From: Nanobdellati archaeon
GTDB taxonomy: Archaea; EX4484-52; GLR71
Direction: 5' to 3'
NCBI GenBank assembly: GCA_019429005.1
Contig: JAHYJR010000005.1
Span: 32,001 to 96,000, forward strand
DNA: 64,000 nt
Position numbers and translations under genes: made by a program. The notes beneath the pieces are model-generated. The model saw only the letters and a list, made by a program, of their open reading frames with translations, was not told where the DNA came from and made no database searches. Shown here piece by piece: positions 1 through 9,563 of the stretch (position 1 is the stretch's first letter; each line of letters starts with the position of its first letter).

Positions 1-941
1 ACAATTTCACAGATTTTTTTCTCACCTGCAGAGGATATATCGTCACCCCATGTCATTTTTTCACAATTTTTATTAAGAAGTTCTACTGTTTCATCATATG
101 TTATTCTTTTCATTTTTTTCTTTGGCAATTCAAAATCATGTCCAAGTGTTTTAAGTTCTTCTTTACAGTTTTCTTTTATATCTGAGAATATGTTAAGTAT
201 AACCTCATCTAGAATCTCAAGCACATCATTATCATCTGCAAATGCCATTTCAATATCCATCTGTCTTGATTCCGAAAGATGTTTTGTGGTGTGAGATACT
301 TCAGCTCTCCATACAGGTGTGATCATGCAGACCTTTTCAAGTCCACCAACTACAGCCATCTGCTTGTATAATTGAGGGCTCTGTGCAAGGAACGCTTCTT
401 TATCATAATAGGGTATCGGGAATAGTTCAGCACCGCCTTCAGATGTTGATGCGATTATGGATGGTGGCACAATCTCAGTAAATTCTTTATTATAAAGAGT
501 GTCTCTGAACACTTTCATTATTCTGCTTTGTATCTTGAATATTGCTTGAACTTCAGCTCTTCTAAGGTCTATAAATCTGTTATCAAGTCTTGTATCTATA
601 TCAGATTGTACTTTATTTGTAATCTCAAGTGGGAGTGGCGTTTCAGTTTCAGACACAATCTCAAGTTTTGTTGGTTTAAGTTCAAAACCTTTTGGTGCTC
701 GGTTATTTTCAACAGCAACTCCATCAACTAAAATAACAGTCTCCTTAACAAGTTTTTTAATCGTTTTGATTAATTCCTCATCAGTCTCTCCTGTTTTAGC
801 TGTTATTTGGATAATTCCATCTTTATCTCTTAAAAGAAGAAATATTAAATTTCCAAGATCTCTTTTATCGTGTACCCAACCACCAACTTTGACAGTGTCT
901 CCTGCTTTCACTTCGCTGGAATATTTTTTGATGAATGTCAT
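1..941 (-). CDS. aspS: Aspartyl-tRNA synthetase, archaeal type (3' end runs off the window)
   Basis: Manual translation: MTFIKKYSSEVKAGDTVKVGGWVHDKRDLGNLIFLLLRDKDG (OB-fold), then EGGAELFP, FLAQSPQLYKQM and WRAEVSHTTKHLSE (class II motif 2). GTGAT RBS upstream. Confidence 0.93.
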   Translation of the reverse strand, partial: MTFIKKYSSEVKAGDTVKVGGWVHDKRDLGNLIFLLLRDKDGIIQITAKTGETDEELIKTIKKLVKETVILVDGVAVENNRAPKGFELKPTKLEIVSETETPLPLEITNKVQSDIDTRLDNRFIDLRRAEVQAIFKIQSRIMKVFRDTLYNKEFTEIVPPSIIASTSEGGAELFPIPYYDKEAFLAQSPQLYKQMAVVGGLEKVCMITPVWRAEVSHTTKHLSESRQMDIEMAFADDNDVLEILDEVILNIFSDIKENCKEELKTLGHDFELPKKKMKRITYDETVELLNKNCEKMTWGDDISSAGEKKICEI

Positions 942-980
942 TTGAAATCACAATTTATTTTTTAATAAGTTCATTTTAAT

Positions 981-1039
981 TAATATTATTTTAATATTAT
1001 TATAATATTATTATAATATTATTATAATATTATTATAAT
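981..1039. repeat. 11-bp tandem repeat (TAATATTATTA), 4 perfect copies plus 1 variant
   Basis: Read directly in the intergenic region upstream of aspS. Confidence 0.85.
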
Positions 1040-1106
1040 TATAAACAATTTGTTTATTTTTCAATTGTTTTGTTTTTAAACAAAAAATCTTAGTCGATTT
1101 TTCTTT

Positions 1107-1367
1107 TTAAATGTTTATGAGAATCGTCCACAAAGCAAACACAATTAGTATGTATGGTAAATATGCATTTGCAAACCACCACGATTTATTCTTTTTCTGA
1201 TATTTTTCATCCTTTTTGATATTTATTTGTTCAATTTTTTGTTTTGATATTATAAGAATTATAAAAACGAGTCCAATAACTTCAAGATTATTCAATTTAC
1301 TTGTCATAAGTCCTGTTAATATGCCAAGTGTACTATATATGTATGAAACAAGTGTCTCTTCATTCAT
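1107..1367 (-). CDS. Small membrane protein, archaeal EMC6-like (DUF5379-type)
   Basis: Three hydrophobic segments and a C-terminal SWWFANAYLPYILIVFALWTILIN resembling the family end motif. Confidence 0.6.
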   Translation of the reverse strand: MNEETLVSYIYSTLGILTGLMTSKLNNLEVIGLVFIILIISKQKIEQINIKKDEKYQKKNKSWWFANAYLPYILIVFALWTILINI

Positions 1368-1413
1368 AGATAAGATAAGATGTTTTAATCTTTATATCTT
1401 ATTTTATAAAATC

Positions 1414-1806
1414 TTAATTTTTAATTATTTTTATTTTATTTATTTTATCGGTGCTCATTTTAATATTTTGTATCCATCGTAAATCATCCATATGTGAATT
1501 ATGTACTATCGAGATTATTGGTTTTTTTGTTTTCTTGTTTACAACCGCATTTTTTATTACATGCACCATATCAGTTTCAGAGTCTATTGTTTCAATATGA
1601 TGTGTTCTTGCACATTCTGTTTGGAATATTTCCTCTGCGTGATATTTGTCTAAACCAAATTCTTTAAGTGTGGCACCTGTTTGATTGACAGCATGATATA
1701 TTCTGTCTGTTCCAATCTGATTTAAATCTTTTGTCCAAAAATCGACATATTCTTTAAATTCTAGTTTCAAGTACTCTTCTTCTATTTGTTCTGTTAATTC
1801 TTTCAA
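1414..1806 (-). CDS. Hypothetical protein (130 aa)
   Basis: ORF with globular composition; no recognised motif. Confidence 0.55.
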   Translation of the reverse strand: MKELTEQIEEEYLKLEFKEYVDFWTKDLNQIGTDRIYHAVNQTGATLKEFGLDKYHAEEIFQTECARTHHIETIDSETDMVHVIKNAVVNKKTKKPIISIVHNSHMDDLRWIQNIKMSTDKINKIKIIKN

Positions 1807-1854
1807 TTCATTGATTACAAGGAAATTTAATTGATATATAGGTGTTTCTAAAAG

Positions 1855-2145
1855 TTATTTAGTTTTTTTTGGAATTATTCCCATTTTTATATCTCCTATA
1901 GCAAGATAATGTGCTTTTTTTTGATCTGAGAATGTACTGTATGTTTCTGCAGCTTCTTTAACATACTGTACAATTTTGTTATTTAGATTCTTTATTATAT
2001 TTTGATTAATTCCTAAATCGTTGGGATATATGTACATTCTTTCAAGAAAATCACCTATTGTTGTATGTTTATAATCGTTAACAAGTTCTTGAATATCTGA
2101 ATCTTTAGTTTCGATATTTTCAAGTAATTCATTTATAATAGTCAA
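1855..2145 (-). CDS. Hypothetical protein (96 aa)
   Basis: ORF co-oriented with its neighbours; no recognised motif. Confidence 0.5.
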   Translation of the reverse strand: MTIINELLENIETKDSDIQELVNDYKHTTIGDFLERMYIYPNDLGINQNIIKNLNNKIVQYVKEAAETYSTFSDQKKAHYLAIGDIKMGIIPKKTK

Positions 2146-2522
2146 ATCGTTGTTATGTATTCTTATTATGTTTCTAACTTTAAGCTCTTATGCTTGCGAG
2201 TTTTCTATTAATACAACTTAAGGATTGTATTTTTGTATAATTTTTGCTTGTTTTATTCTGTTTTCTTCATCTTTATAATTTATTCCCATTTATAACATCT
2301 GTTTTACCTAACAAAAACATATTTATCACAGGTAGATAGTATCAATAAATCGTTATAAATATTTATATCTCTTTTTTAATATACAAATCATACATAAACA
2401 GACATAAATTTAGAATATTTTATTTTATATTAAATATATATATATAGATAATAACCGAAAACATTTTAAATCACAAACAGCAATTGTTTATATCTAGATT
2501 TATGTTTCTTGAGATGTTAAAT

Positions 2523-3377
2523 ATGGAAAATATAACTCTTCCTTTATTGGATTTACCTAAAGATGATCTCTCTAAAGTTAGTGTTGATAATTTTAATAAT
2601 AATGAAAATCTAATAGAAAATGAGTTTGATGTATCTGAAAATAAAGAAATAACAAAAAATAAAGATATATTAGAATTGATAATGGTTGGTAGTTGGGAAA
2701 GTGTTCTTCTTGAGCTTTCAGACGACATGAATCCGTGGGATATAGATATAGTTGTTTTAAGCAAAAGATTTATGGAATTCATAAAAAAAACAAATAAATA
2801 TGAACTTGATGTGCCTGTTAAAATATTTCTTGCAGCTGCAGTGCTTTATAGGATGAAAGTTGATGCTCTAAAGATTGTTGAAGACGAAGACGTTTTTGAT
2901 TCTTTTGATGATAGTATGATTGAAGAAATTTATTTACCTGAAGATGAAACTGTGTCGTCTACAATGATTAATCTTCCCGGGAATATTATGATACCACCTT
3001 TAATAGTACCAATTAAACGTTATCCTAAACGTAATATAAGTATTGATGAATTGATAAATGCTCTTGATAAAGCTATGACTATAAAAAATAGGAGAGAAGT
3101 TAAGACTATTTTTAATGTTGATTTGAATTCAGAAGATATGTCTGAAACTATTGAAAATATTTTTAATTTAATACTCGAACGAATTGATATTGATAATACA
3201 ACAACATTCTCTTCATTTCTGGATGGTGGCAATGTTGATCATTTAATAAAAACGTTTTCATCAATATTACATCTTTCAAATGAAGAGAGAATTTCATGTT
3301 TACAAAAAGATTTTTTTGGCGAGATATATATCTCTGTTGAAGATTCTAAATTATTGGATGGTAAGCAAAATGCCTAA
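2523..3377 (+). CDS. scpA: Segregation and condensation protein A (kleisin)
   Basis: MNPWDIDIVVLSKRFMEFI, AAAVLYRMKV and C-terminal TFSSILHLSNEERISCLQKDFFGEIYI; directly upstream of scpB. Start uncertain (2484-2523). Confidence 0.9.
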   Translation: MENITLPLLDLPKDDLSKVSVDNFNNNENLIENEFDVSENKEITKNKDILELIMVGSWESVLLELSDDMNPWDIDIVVLSKRFMEFIKKTNKYELDVPVKIFLAAAVLYRMKVDALKIVEDEDVFDSFDDSMIEEIYLPEDETVSSTMINLPGNIMIPPLIVPIKRYPKRNISIDELINALDKAMTIKNRREVKTIFNVDLNSEDMSETIENIFNLILERIDIDNTTTFSSFLDGGNVDHLIKTFSSILHLSNEERISCLQKDFFGEIYISVEDSKLLDGKQNA

Positions 3378-4041
3378 TGTTGAAAATATGATTGAAGCTG
3401 TACTTTTTATCTCAGCAAGACCTATGACTTTATCTGAGATTGCTAAAGTTACAGGTATAATGCCTAAATCTAAAATTAAAACAATACTTGATAATATGAA
3501 GGTTGGATATGGCAATCATGGTATTTATATTGCTGAGCAGGACGGTCTTTTCGAATTAAAAGTCAAAAAAGAACATATGAATGTGGTTTCATCACTTGCT
3601 CCTGATCAGGATTTTTCTAGAGCAATATTACAAACATTATCTATTATAGCATATAAGAATCCTATAAAACAAAGTGAAATAATTGATATTAGGGGTAATA
3701 GAGCATATGATCATCTTTTAGAGTTGGAATCACGTGGTTTTGTTGTTCGTGTACCTTCAGGCCATACAAATCTTGTTAAGATAACAGGTAAATTTTTGGA
3801 TTATTTTGGTCTTACTGATAAAGATGAACTTGCAAAACATTTCAAGTCGTCTGAAGTACTAAATAATACTGAAATTCCAATTGAAAATGTTCTTAAGACA
3901 AATAAAAACATAAAGGTCGAATATGATTCTGATGTTGAGAAAAAGAATTTTCATGATAAATTGAAAGAAGATGTTGAAAAAAGGAAAAAAGAACTGTATA
4001 ATAAAAAGGACAAAACGCATGACTCTGAGGCAAATATTTAA
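3370..4041 (+). CDS. scpB: Segregation and condensation protein B
   Basis: IEAVLFISARPMT, LQTLSIIAYKNPIKQSEIIDIRG and TGKFLDYFGL. ATG at 3370 overlaps the end of scpA. Confidence 0.93.
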   Translation: MPNVENMIEAVLFISARPMTLSEIAKVTGIMPKSKIKTILDNMKVGYGNHGIYIAEQDGLFELKVKKEHMNVVSSLAPDQDFSRAILQTLSIIAYKNPIKQSEIIDIRGNRAYDHLLELESRGFVVRVPSGHTNLVKITGKFLDYFGLTDKDELAKHFKSSEVLNNTEIPIENVLKTNKNIKVEYDSDVEKKNFHDKLKEDVEKRKKELYNKKDKTHDSEANI

Positions 4042-4244
4042 TATAATGCATTTAAACGTTCTTTAGTGGTTGTATTAAACAACTTTTGGTTCTAAGCTAT
4101 ATTCTAATGTCCTTTTAGCGGTCAATAGGTAAAATCGTGTACTGTTAAGTACTTTTTATTGAAACCGGCCTGTTTCTATCAAAAACTTTATATAGATTTT
4201 GAACGTTAATTTTATAATCCTTTTTTTTGGATAGGTGAGAAAAT

Positions 4245-4862
4245 ATGAGTGATAATGAAATCGAGGAAATTGAAGAATTAGAAATAGAAGAATTAGAAGG
4301 TTCTACAGATTTAGAAACTAACAATGATGATTGTTGTGATGATGATTGTTGTGATTCTGATGACAAAGAGTGCGATTCTGAAGATTGTGATTGTTGTGGT
4401 AACTCAGATGATGCTGACGATTCCGAAGATATAGATGATGTTGACGACGACGATTCCGACGATGATGCTGATGGCGATTCTGACGACGACGATGATGTTG
4501 ACGACGACGATTCTGACGATGATGCTGATGGCGATTCTGACGAAGACGATGATGTTGACGACGACGATTCTGACGATGATGCTGATGGCGATTCTGACGA
4601 CGACGATGATGTTGACGACGACGATTCCGACGATGATGCTGATGGCGATTCTGACGACGATGATGTTGACGACGATGATGTTGACGACGACGATTCCGAC
4701 GATGATGCTGATGGCGACTCTGACGAAGACGATGATGTTGACGACGACGATTCCGACGATGATGCTGATGGCGACTCTGACGACGACGATGATGTTGACG
4801 ACGACGACGATTCTGACGACGACGATTCTGACGACGACGATTCTGACGACGACGAAAATTAA
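4245..4862 (+). CDS. Extremely acidic Asp-rich repeat protein with an N-terminal Cys cluster
   Basis: TATA-like element (ACTTTATATAG, ~4185), GGTGA RBS and a hairpin/T-tract after the stop all support this frame. Confidence 0.75.
   Translation: MSDNEIEEIEELEIEELEGSTDLETNNDDCCDDDCCDSDDKECDSEDCDCCGNSDDADDSEDIDDVDDDDSDDDADGDSDDDDDVDDDDSDDDADGDSDEDDDVDDDDSDDDADGDSDDDDDVDDDDSDDDADGDSDDDDVDDDDVDDDDSDDDADGDSDEDDDVDDDDSDDDADGDSDDDDDVDDDDDSDDDDSDDDDSDDDEN
4434..4855 (+). repeat. Intragenic 57-bp tandem repeat (19 aa, VDDDDSDDDADGDSD[D/E]DDD), about 6 copies plus 15-bp subrepeats
   Basis: Val codons recur at 4440, 4497, 4554, 4611, then 4680, 4737, 4794. Confidence 0.9.
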
Positions 4863-4877
4863 TTTAATATTATGAAA

Positions 4878-4914
4878 ACCTCTCATTTAACATGAGGGGT
4901 CCTTTTTTATTTTT
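4878..4914 (+). terminator. Hairpin plus T-tract
   Basis: ACCTCTCAT-ttaac-ATGAGGGGT followed by CCTTTTTTATTTTT. Confidence 0.6.
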
Positions 4915-4958
4915 GAAAAACTTTATAAAATTAGAGATATATAAAAAAGATACTTGTT

Positions 4959-5147
4959 GTGTTCTATATGCAGACTGTATTTACTCATTTAAGTCAAAAG
5001 GAAACTGTCAGTGTGAAAAAAAGTAATAGTGCTCGAAATGATTTTGTAATATCATTTGGTCCGCATTCTAAAGTTTTTGTGACTGCTGAACATATAATTT
5101 TACTTAAAAAAGAAATTGCAAAATATGATTCTGAAAAAGAAATTTAG
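4959..5147 (+). CDS. Small hypothetical protein
   Basis: 62-aa ORF preceded by a TATA-like element (ACTTTATAAA, ~4920). Confidence 0.4.
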   Translation: MFYMQTVFTHLSQKETVSVKKSNSARNDFVISFGPHSKVFVTAEHIILLKKEIAKYDSEKEI

Positions 5148-5198
5148 TTTTAATCCGTTTAAATATAAATATTTAATATTACTCTTTCAAATTAATTT

Positions 5199-7127
5199 AT
5201 GGAACTTTCTAGTCCAGATATAAGAATACTTATTGATGAGCTTCAGTATCTTGTAGGTGGTAAGATTCAGAAGATTTATCACGAGAGAAAAGATATACAT
5301 ATGAATATTTACGTATCTGGTATGGGTACAAAAACGATTGTTTTGGGTCAAGGCAAATTCTTTGTAACTTCATATAGTTTAAAACATCGTGATAGTCCAA
5401 CATCTTTTTGTATGTTTCTTAGAAAACGTTTAAAATCCGTTAGAATTAGTTCTATTGAACAGGTTGGTTTTGAAAGGATTATAATCTTGAAAACTGATAT
5501 ATATAATATTATTTTTGAATTATTTTCAAAAGGAAATGTTATTGTTACTGATAAAGACAACAAAATAATTTCACTTATTGAATCTCGTGATTGGAATTAC
5601 CGTGTGCTTAAACGAAATGAGATTTATGTGGCACCACCTGAAGTGATTGATGTCCTAAATCTTGATAAGGGTGGTTTAGAAGCCCTATTCAAAAAGACTG
5701 ATAAGAAACTAGTACCCTTTATTGCACGGGAGATGGGTTTTGGTGGTAAATATGCTGAAGAACTTGCATTTTTAAGCAATATAAAAAAAGATGAACTGTG
5801 TAAAACTCTTGACAAGAAACAGATAACATCTCTATATAATTCTATAGAATCCCTTTTGGATACAACTAAAAAAACACCTTTTATTGTCCTTGAAGACAAA
5901 AAAAAGATTGATGTGTCTTATGTCAATATCCATAAATATGCTGATTATGATAAGATCAATACAAAAACATTTAATGACGCTGTTGATGATGCATTTGTTT
6001 CTGTTATGGCAATTGAACTTGCAAGTGTTGATACTAAGGTCATAGATAAAAAGATATCTTCTTTACAAAAACGTCTAGATATACAGGAAAAATCTTTTCA
6101 GCATCTTGAAGAACTTATAATTCAGAATCTGAAAAAAGGTGATATGATTTATGAATATTTTCAAGGTATTGATCGTCTCATTAATCTTGTAATGGCTGAA
6201 GTGAATATCTCCGGATGGAATGATATAGAAAAACGAATTAAATTTGAAGATAAAGATATTGTTTTGGGGTCTATAGATACTAAAGATAAAATTGCAAAAA
6301 TTATAATAGCTAAATATAAAATAAATATTTTATTAGAAGAAGCCATATCTAAAAGTGCTGAAGCTTATTATGCTAAATCCAAATCACAAAAATCAAAACT
6401 TCAAGGACTTAGGCTCGCAATAGCGAATACTATGAGGTTGATGCAACAAAAAGATGATGTCGTTATTGTTAAAAAACAGATAATCAAGAAAAAGGATACA
6501 TCATCTCAAAAATGGTTTGAAAAGTTCCGTAATTTTGAAAGCTCTGAAGGCTTCTTATGTGTAGGTGGGCGTGATGCTACATCTAACGAAATAGTTGTTA
6601 AAAAACATGCTGAAAAAGATGATATGATTTTCCATGCAGATATAGCAGGTTCACCTTTTATTGTTGTAAAAACTGAAGGTAAAACGGTTGGTGATGCGAC
6701 AATAGAAGAAGCTGCTCAATTTACTGCTATGTATTCTAAAGCGTGGAAAGCTAATGCAGGTGTAATTGATGTTTATTGGGTTAAACCCGAACAGGTAACA
6801 AAACAAGCACCATCTGGAGAATATATTTCTAAAGGTGGATTTATGATACATGGAAAAAAAAATAATCTTACCTCTGAGCTTAAGGTGGCTGTTTGTATGG
6901 TTGATGGCGAGATAATTTCAGGCCCAATAAATGCTATCAAGAAAAAGACAAATAAGTATATTGTCATAATACCTGGTTATACAAAATCAAAAGATCTTTC
7001 AAAAATCATGAAAACTAAATTGTTTGAAAAATCAAATAAAGGTGAACAAGATTTATTGCGTAAGATACCAATCGATAAGTTTCAAAGATGCATTCCTTCA
7101 GATCGAGGTGAACTTGAACTCAATTAA
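5199..7127 (+). CDS. rqcH: Ribosome quality-control protein Rqc2/RqcH (NFACT family)
   Basis: PTSFCMFLRKRL, IEQVGFERI, ELFSKGNVI (NFACT-N); WFEKFR, GGRDATSNE, FHADIAGSP, APSGEYISKGGFMIHG (NFACT-R). Confidence 0.92.
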   Translation: MELSSPDIRILIDELQYLVGGKIQKIYHERKDIHMNIYVSGMGTKTIVLGQGKFFVTSYSLKHRDSPTSFCMFLRKRLKSVRISSIEQVGFERIIILKTDIYNIIFELFSKGNVIVTDKDNKIISLIESRDWNYRVLKRNEIYVAPPEVIDVLNLDKGGLEALFKKTDKKLVPFIAREMGFGGKYAEELAFLSNIKKDELCKTLDKKQITSLYNSIESLLDTTKKTPFIVLEDKKKIDVSYVNIHKYADYDKINTKTFNDAVDDAFVSVMAIELASVDTKVIDKKISSLQKRLDIQEKSFQHLEELIIQNLKKGDMIYEYFQGIDRLINLVMAEVNISGWNDIEKRIKFEDKDIVLGSIDTKDKIAKIIIAKYKINILLEEAISKSAEAYYAKSKSQKSKLQGLRLAIANTMRLMQQKDDVVIVKKQIIKKKDTSSQKWFEKFRNFESSEGFLCVGGRDATSNEIVVKKHAEKDDMIFHADIAGSPFIVVKTEGKTVGDATIEEAAQFTAMYSKAWKANAGVIDVYWVKPEQVTKQAPSGEYISKGGFMIHGKKNNLTSELKVAVCMVDGEIISGPINAIKKKTNKYIVIIPGYTKSKDLSKIMKTKLFEKSNKGEQDLLRKIPIDKFQRCIPSDRGELELN

Positions 7128-7128
7128 T

Positions 7129-8079
7129 TTATTCTAATCTTTCTTTCAAGGCAGCACTGATTAAGGGTAATGCGATTGTTGCATCGCAAGTAATATTTGA
7201 ATACTTAGCTTTGCTTGCAAGTTTTCCCCATGAGATACCTTCATTAAGCTGTGCACCTGAAGAACCTCCTGCATCTGGTCTATCTGTTGTTATCTGTACA
7301 CCATATTCTGCAGAATGTGGTGAGAATTGGATTGATTGTTGTATATAATTCTTAGGTACACCGCCACCGATATAAAAGACTCCAATCTTTTTTGCAGTCC
7401 ATGCTATATCTATGATTTCTTTCATATCTTCAAAGGCTAGAATCTTCAGTTTATTTTCTAATATATATGACCATACTTGTAATCCAATTCCAGAATCACT
7501 TAAAGCTGGACAGAATATAGGTATTCTTTTTTTAGCACATACCTTAAGTATTGAATTTTCGCAATCTACATTATCTCCAAGAAGCCATAAGAATTCTGTG
7601 ATGTTTAGTTCTTTTTTAGGAAATGTATCAAATGTCTTTTTGCAAAATGCTTCAAGACCTGTATAGACATCATTATGCATAAATGTGTCATATATTCTAT
7701 TGATTTTCTTCTTATTTAGTTCTTTGTCATCTACATTTGCATGTCCTTTATAATGATTGTATCCAAGAGCCTCTATTAAGTCATGGGTTAAGTTTGCACC
7801 TGTAGTCACAAAGACATCAATCTGCCCCGCATTGAGCATATCTATGATAATCTGTTTCATACCTCCAGGTACCATGGCACCTGCAAGACCCATAAACAAT
7901 TTACAATCTTTATTTGTTATCATTTCTTCGAGGATATCAACACTTTCAGCGATTTTTCCACCACCCATAACACCCGATTTTGACATTTGTGTTATAAGTT
8001 CATTAACAGTCATGTCTTTTTTTGTTTTTACATGGTTAATTTTTGAAAATCCATGCATACTTTTATTACATTCTTTCAT
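7129..8079 (-). CDS. dys: Deoxyhypusine synthase
   Basis: TTGANLTHDLIEALG, RIYD, PALSDSGIG, GGGVPKN and GGSSGAQLNEGISWGK (catalytic Lys motif). Confidence 0.93.
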   Translation of the reverse strand: MKECNKSMHGFSKINHVKTKKDMTVNELITQMSKSGVMGGGKIAESVDILEEMITNKDCKLFMGLAGAMVPGGMKQIIIDMLNAGQIDVFVTTGANLTHDLIEALGYNHYKGHANVDDKELNKKKINRIYDTFMHNDVYTGLEAFCKKTFDTFPKKELNITEFLWLLGDNVDCENSILKVCAKKRIPIFCPALSDSGIGLQVWSYILENKLKILAFEDMKEIIDIAWTAKKIGVFYIGGGVPKNYIQQSIQFSPHSAEYGVQITTDRPDAGGSSGAQLNEGISWGKLASKAKYSNITCDATIALPLISAALKERLE

Positions 8080-8152
8080 ATCTTATATTGTGTATCTAAA
8101 TTATTTAAGATTTATTAACTATCTTAACTAATATTTTTGTGGATGGTATTTT

Positions 8153-8788
8153 ATGGTATTTAATCTTAAACGCATTCAAAAATTATATAAAAGCAAAAAA
8201 CAGATTGTTGCCGAAAAGAAAAAGAAAGATACAAATTATATGCTCTCTATGGGTGATATGAAAGCCAAAGATGCATATGATAATGAAAACCTCAATATAA
8301 AATATTCAATTATATCTACACATGATGCTATTGCTTTTTATAATAAGGCTTTTGAGATGTTTAGATTAAAATCTGATTTGACACAGATTGAAGTTGTTAA
8401 GAAAAAAATTAAAGAACTTGAACTGTTTTTAAAACGTTTTACACAAGATGAATTAGATTCGGCATTAATTTTTTCAGATGCTGATATTTTACGAAATATA
8501 TCTAAAACAAAATATTTAGAAGCAAGATATATTCGAAACATCGATAGGATTGGTTCTATAATGTTATGTTTTGACGCGATTGAAGATTTCAAGAATGCTC
8601 TTGAATTATATTCTAGTTATGAGTCTGATAAGAATAATTTAGGCAACATAAAACATGTTAAATCTCATATTAAAGAAGTTGAGACATTTCTAGAACGTTT
8701 TAGTGCTGAAGAACTTAAAACTGTTAAAGAAAAAATTGACGCTTTAAAACCAGTTATAGAAGATGATACATCAAAGTCTTCTTTGTAA
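8153..8788 (+). CDS. Hypothetical helical protein with an internal duplication
   Basis: DAIAFYNKAFEMF...KKIKELELFLKRFTQDEL is repeated as DAIEDFKNALELY...SHIKEVETFLERFSAEEL. Confidence 0.65.
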   Translation: MVFNLKRIQKLYKSKKQIVAEKKKKDTNYMLSMGDMKAKDAYDNENLNIKYSIISTHDAIAFYNKAFEMFRLKSDLTQIEVVKKKIKELELFLKRFTQDELDSALIFSDADILRNISKTKYLEARYIRNIDRIGSIMLCFDAIEDFKNALELYSSYESDKNNLGNIKHVKSHIKEVETFLERFSAEELKTVKEKIDALKPVIEDDTSKSSL

Positions 8789-9370
8789 TATTTTTTTAAG
8801 GCCTCTTTTATAATGATGTGGTTTTATTATGTTTTTTTCATATAGGTCTTCTATCTGTATTTTATTGTTGATTTCTTGAACGTGTTCTCTTGATTGTTTT
8901 TGGTGTATATGTTCTTCATGTGGCATGATAATCTTGAAATACGCATCTATCATAACAACCCAGTTTTCAGTGTTGATTAGGTTGTGATTTATAAGGTTCG
9001 TATTTGGATTGTTATTAATTATATTGCTGTTGTTTGTATTGTTGATATTGGTATTTAAGTTATTAATATTATGCGTATTAATCGGGTTCATATTATTATA
9101 ATGATCTTTAGTTTGTTGTTGAAGTGTTTGTATGTAGTATGAAAACATGATATTTATTTTATTTTTGTTAAAGAACTGTTTAAGGAATGCTTCTATAGAT
9201 TTGGCTTGAGTCATGCAATTTTGCTTGGTTTCAGCCGGTGTTTTTCCTTCTGATTGTAGATTGACAATGTACTCTGGTGGCTGAAAAGTATCTGGTATTA
9301 TCTTAAAAGCTGTAAGGTTTGTTCCCTCGATTTGTATCGATTCGGGTAGTTCTGCAAAAGAATGAGCCAT
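8771..9370 (-). CDS. Hypothetical protein, weak SIMPL(DUF541)-like N-terminus with an Asn-rich low-complexity insert
   Basis: IQIEG...IPD...VNLQSEGKTPAETKQNCMTQAKSIEAFLK; central N-rich tract. Confidence 0.5.
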   Translation of the reverse strand: MAHSFAELPESIQIEGTNLTAFKIIPDTFQPPEYIVNLQSEGKTPAETKQNCMTQAKSIEAFLKQFFNKNKINIMFSYYIQTLQQQTKDHYNNMNPINTHNINNLNTNINNTNNSNIINNNPNTNLINHNLINTENWVVMIDAYFKIIMPHEEHIHQKQSREHVQEINNKIQIEDLYEKNIIKPHHYKRGLKKILQRRL

Positions 9371-9563
9371 AGATTCTTTTTATTATTTATTGCATAAAAA
9401 GGTTGTGTTTTTTTGTTGGGCGAATAAAGTTTGTTTGTTGATGATTGGTTATTTTATGTTTTTTTAATTCTTAAGTATTTCTTATCACACACAACAACTT
9501 TACCGGACTTCTCGGAAAAACTATGTATCTATCTTTTTTATCTTTAACACCCGAATTAATCCT

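Noticed and set aside
528-731. Short + strand ORF, and the many similar antisense ORFs across the window
   Set aside because: They lie antisense to clearly identified genes (here aspS) and have no motifs or expression signals.
4118-4172. Possible hairpin RNA between scpB and the poly-Asp gene
   Set aside because: The pairing (CAATA/TATTG, GTACT/AGTAC) is short and interrupted, with no clear promoter.
4404-4886. Val/Ile-rich (- strand) and Met/Thr-rich (+ strand) ORFs over the poly-Asp gene
   Set aside because: They are shadow frames of the GAY-rich repeat. Only the Asp frame has a promoter, RBS, unique N-terminus and terminator.
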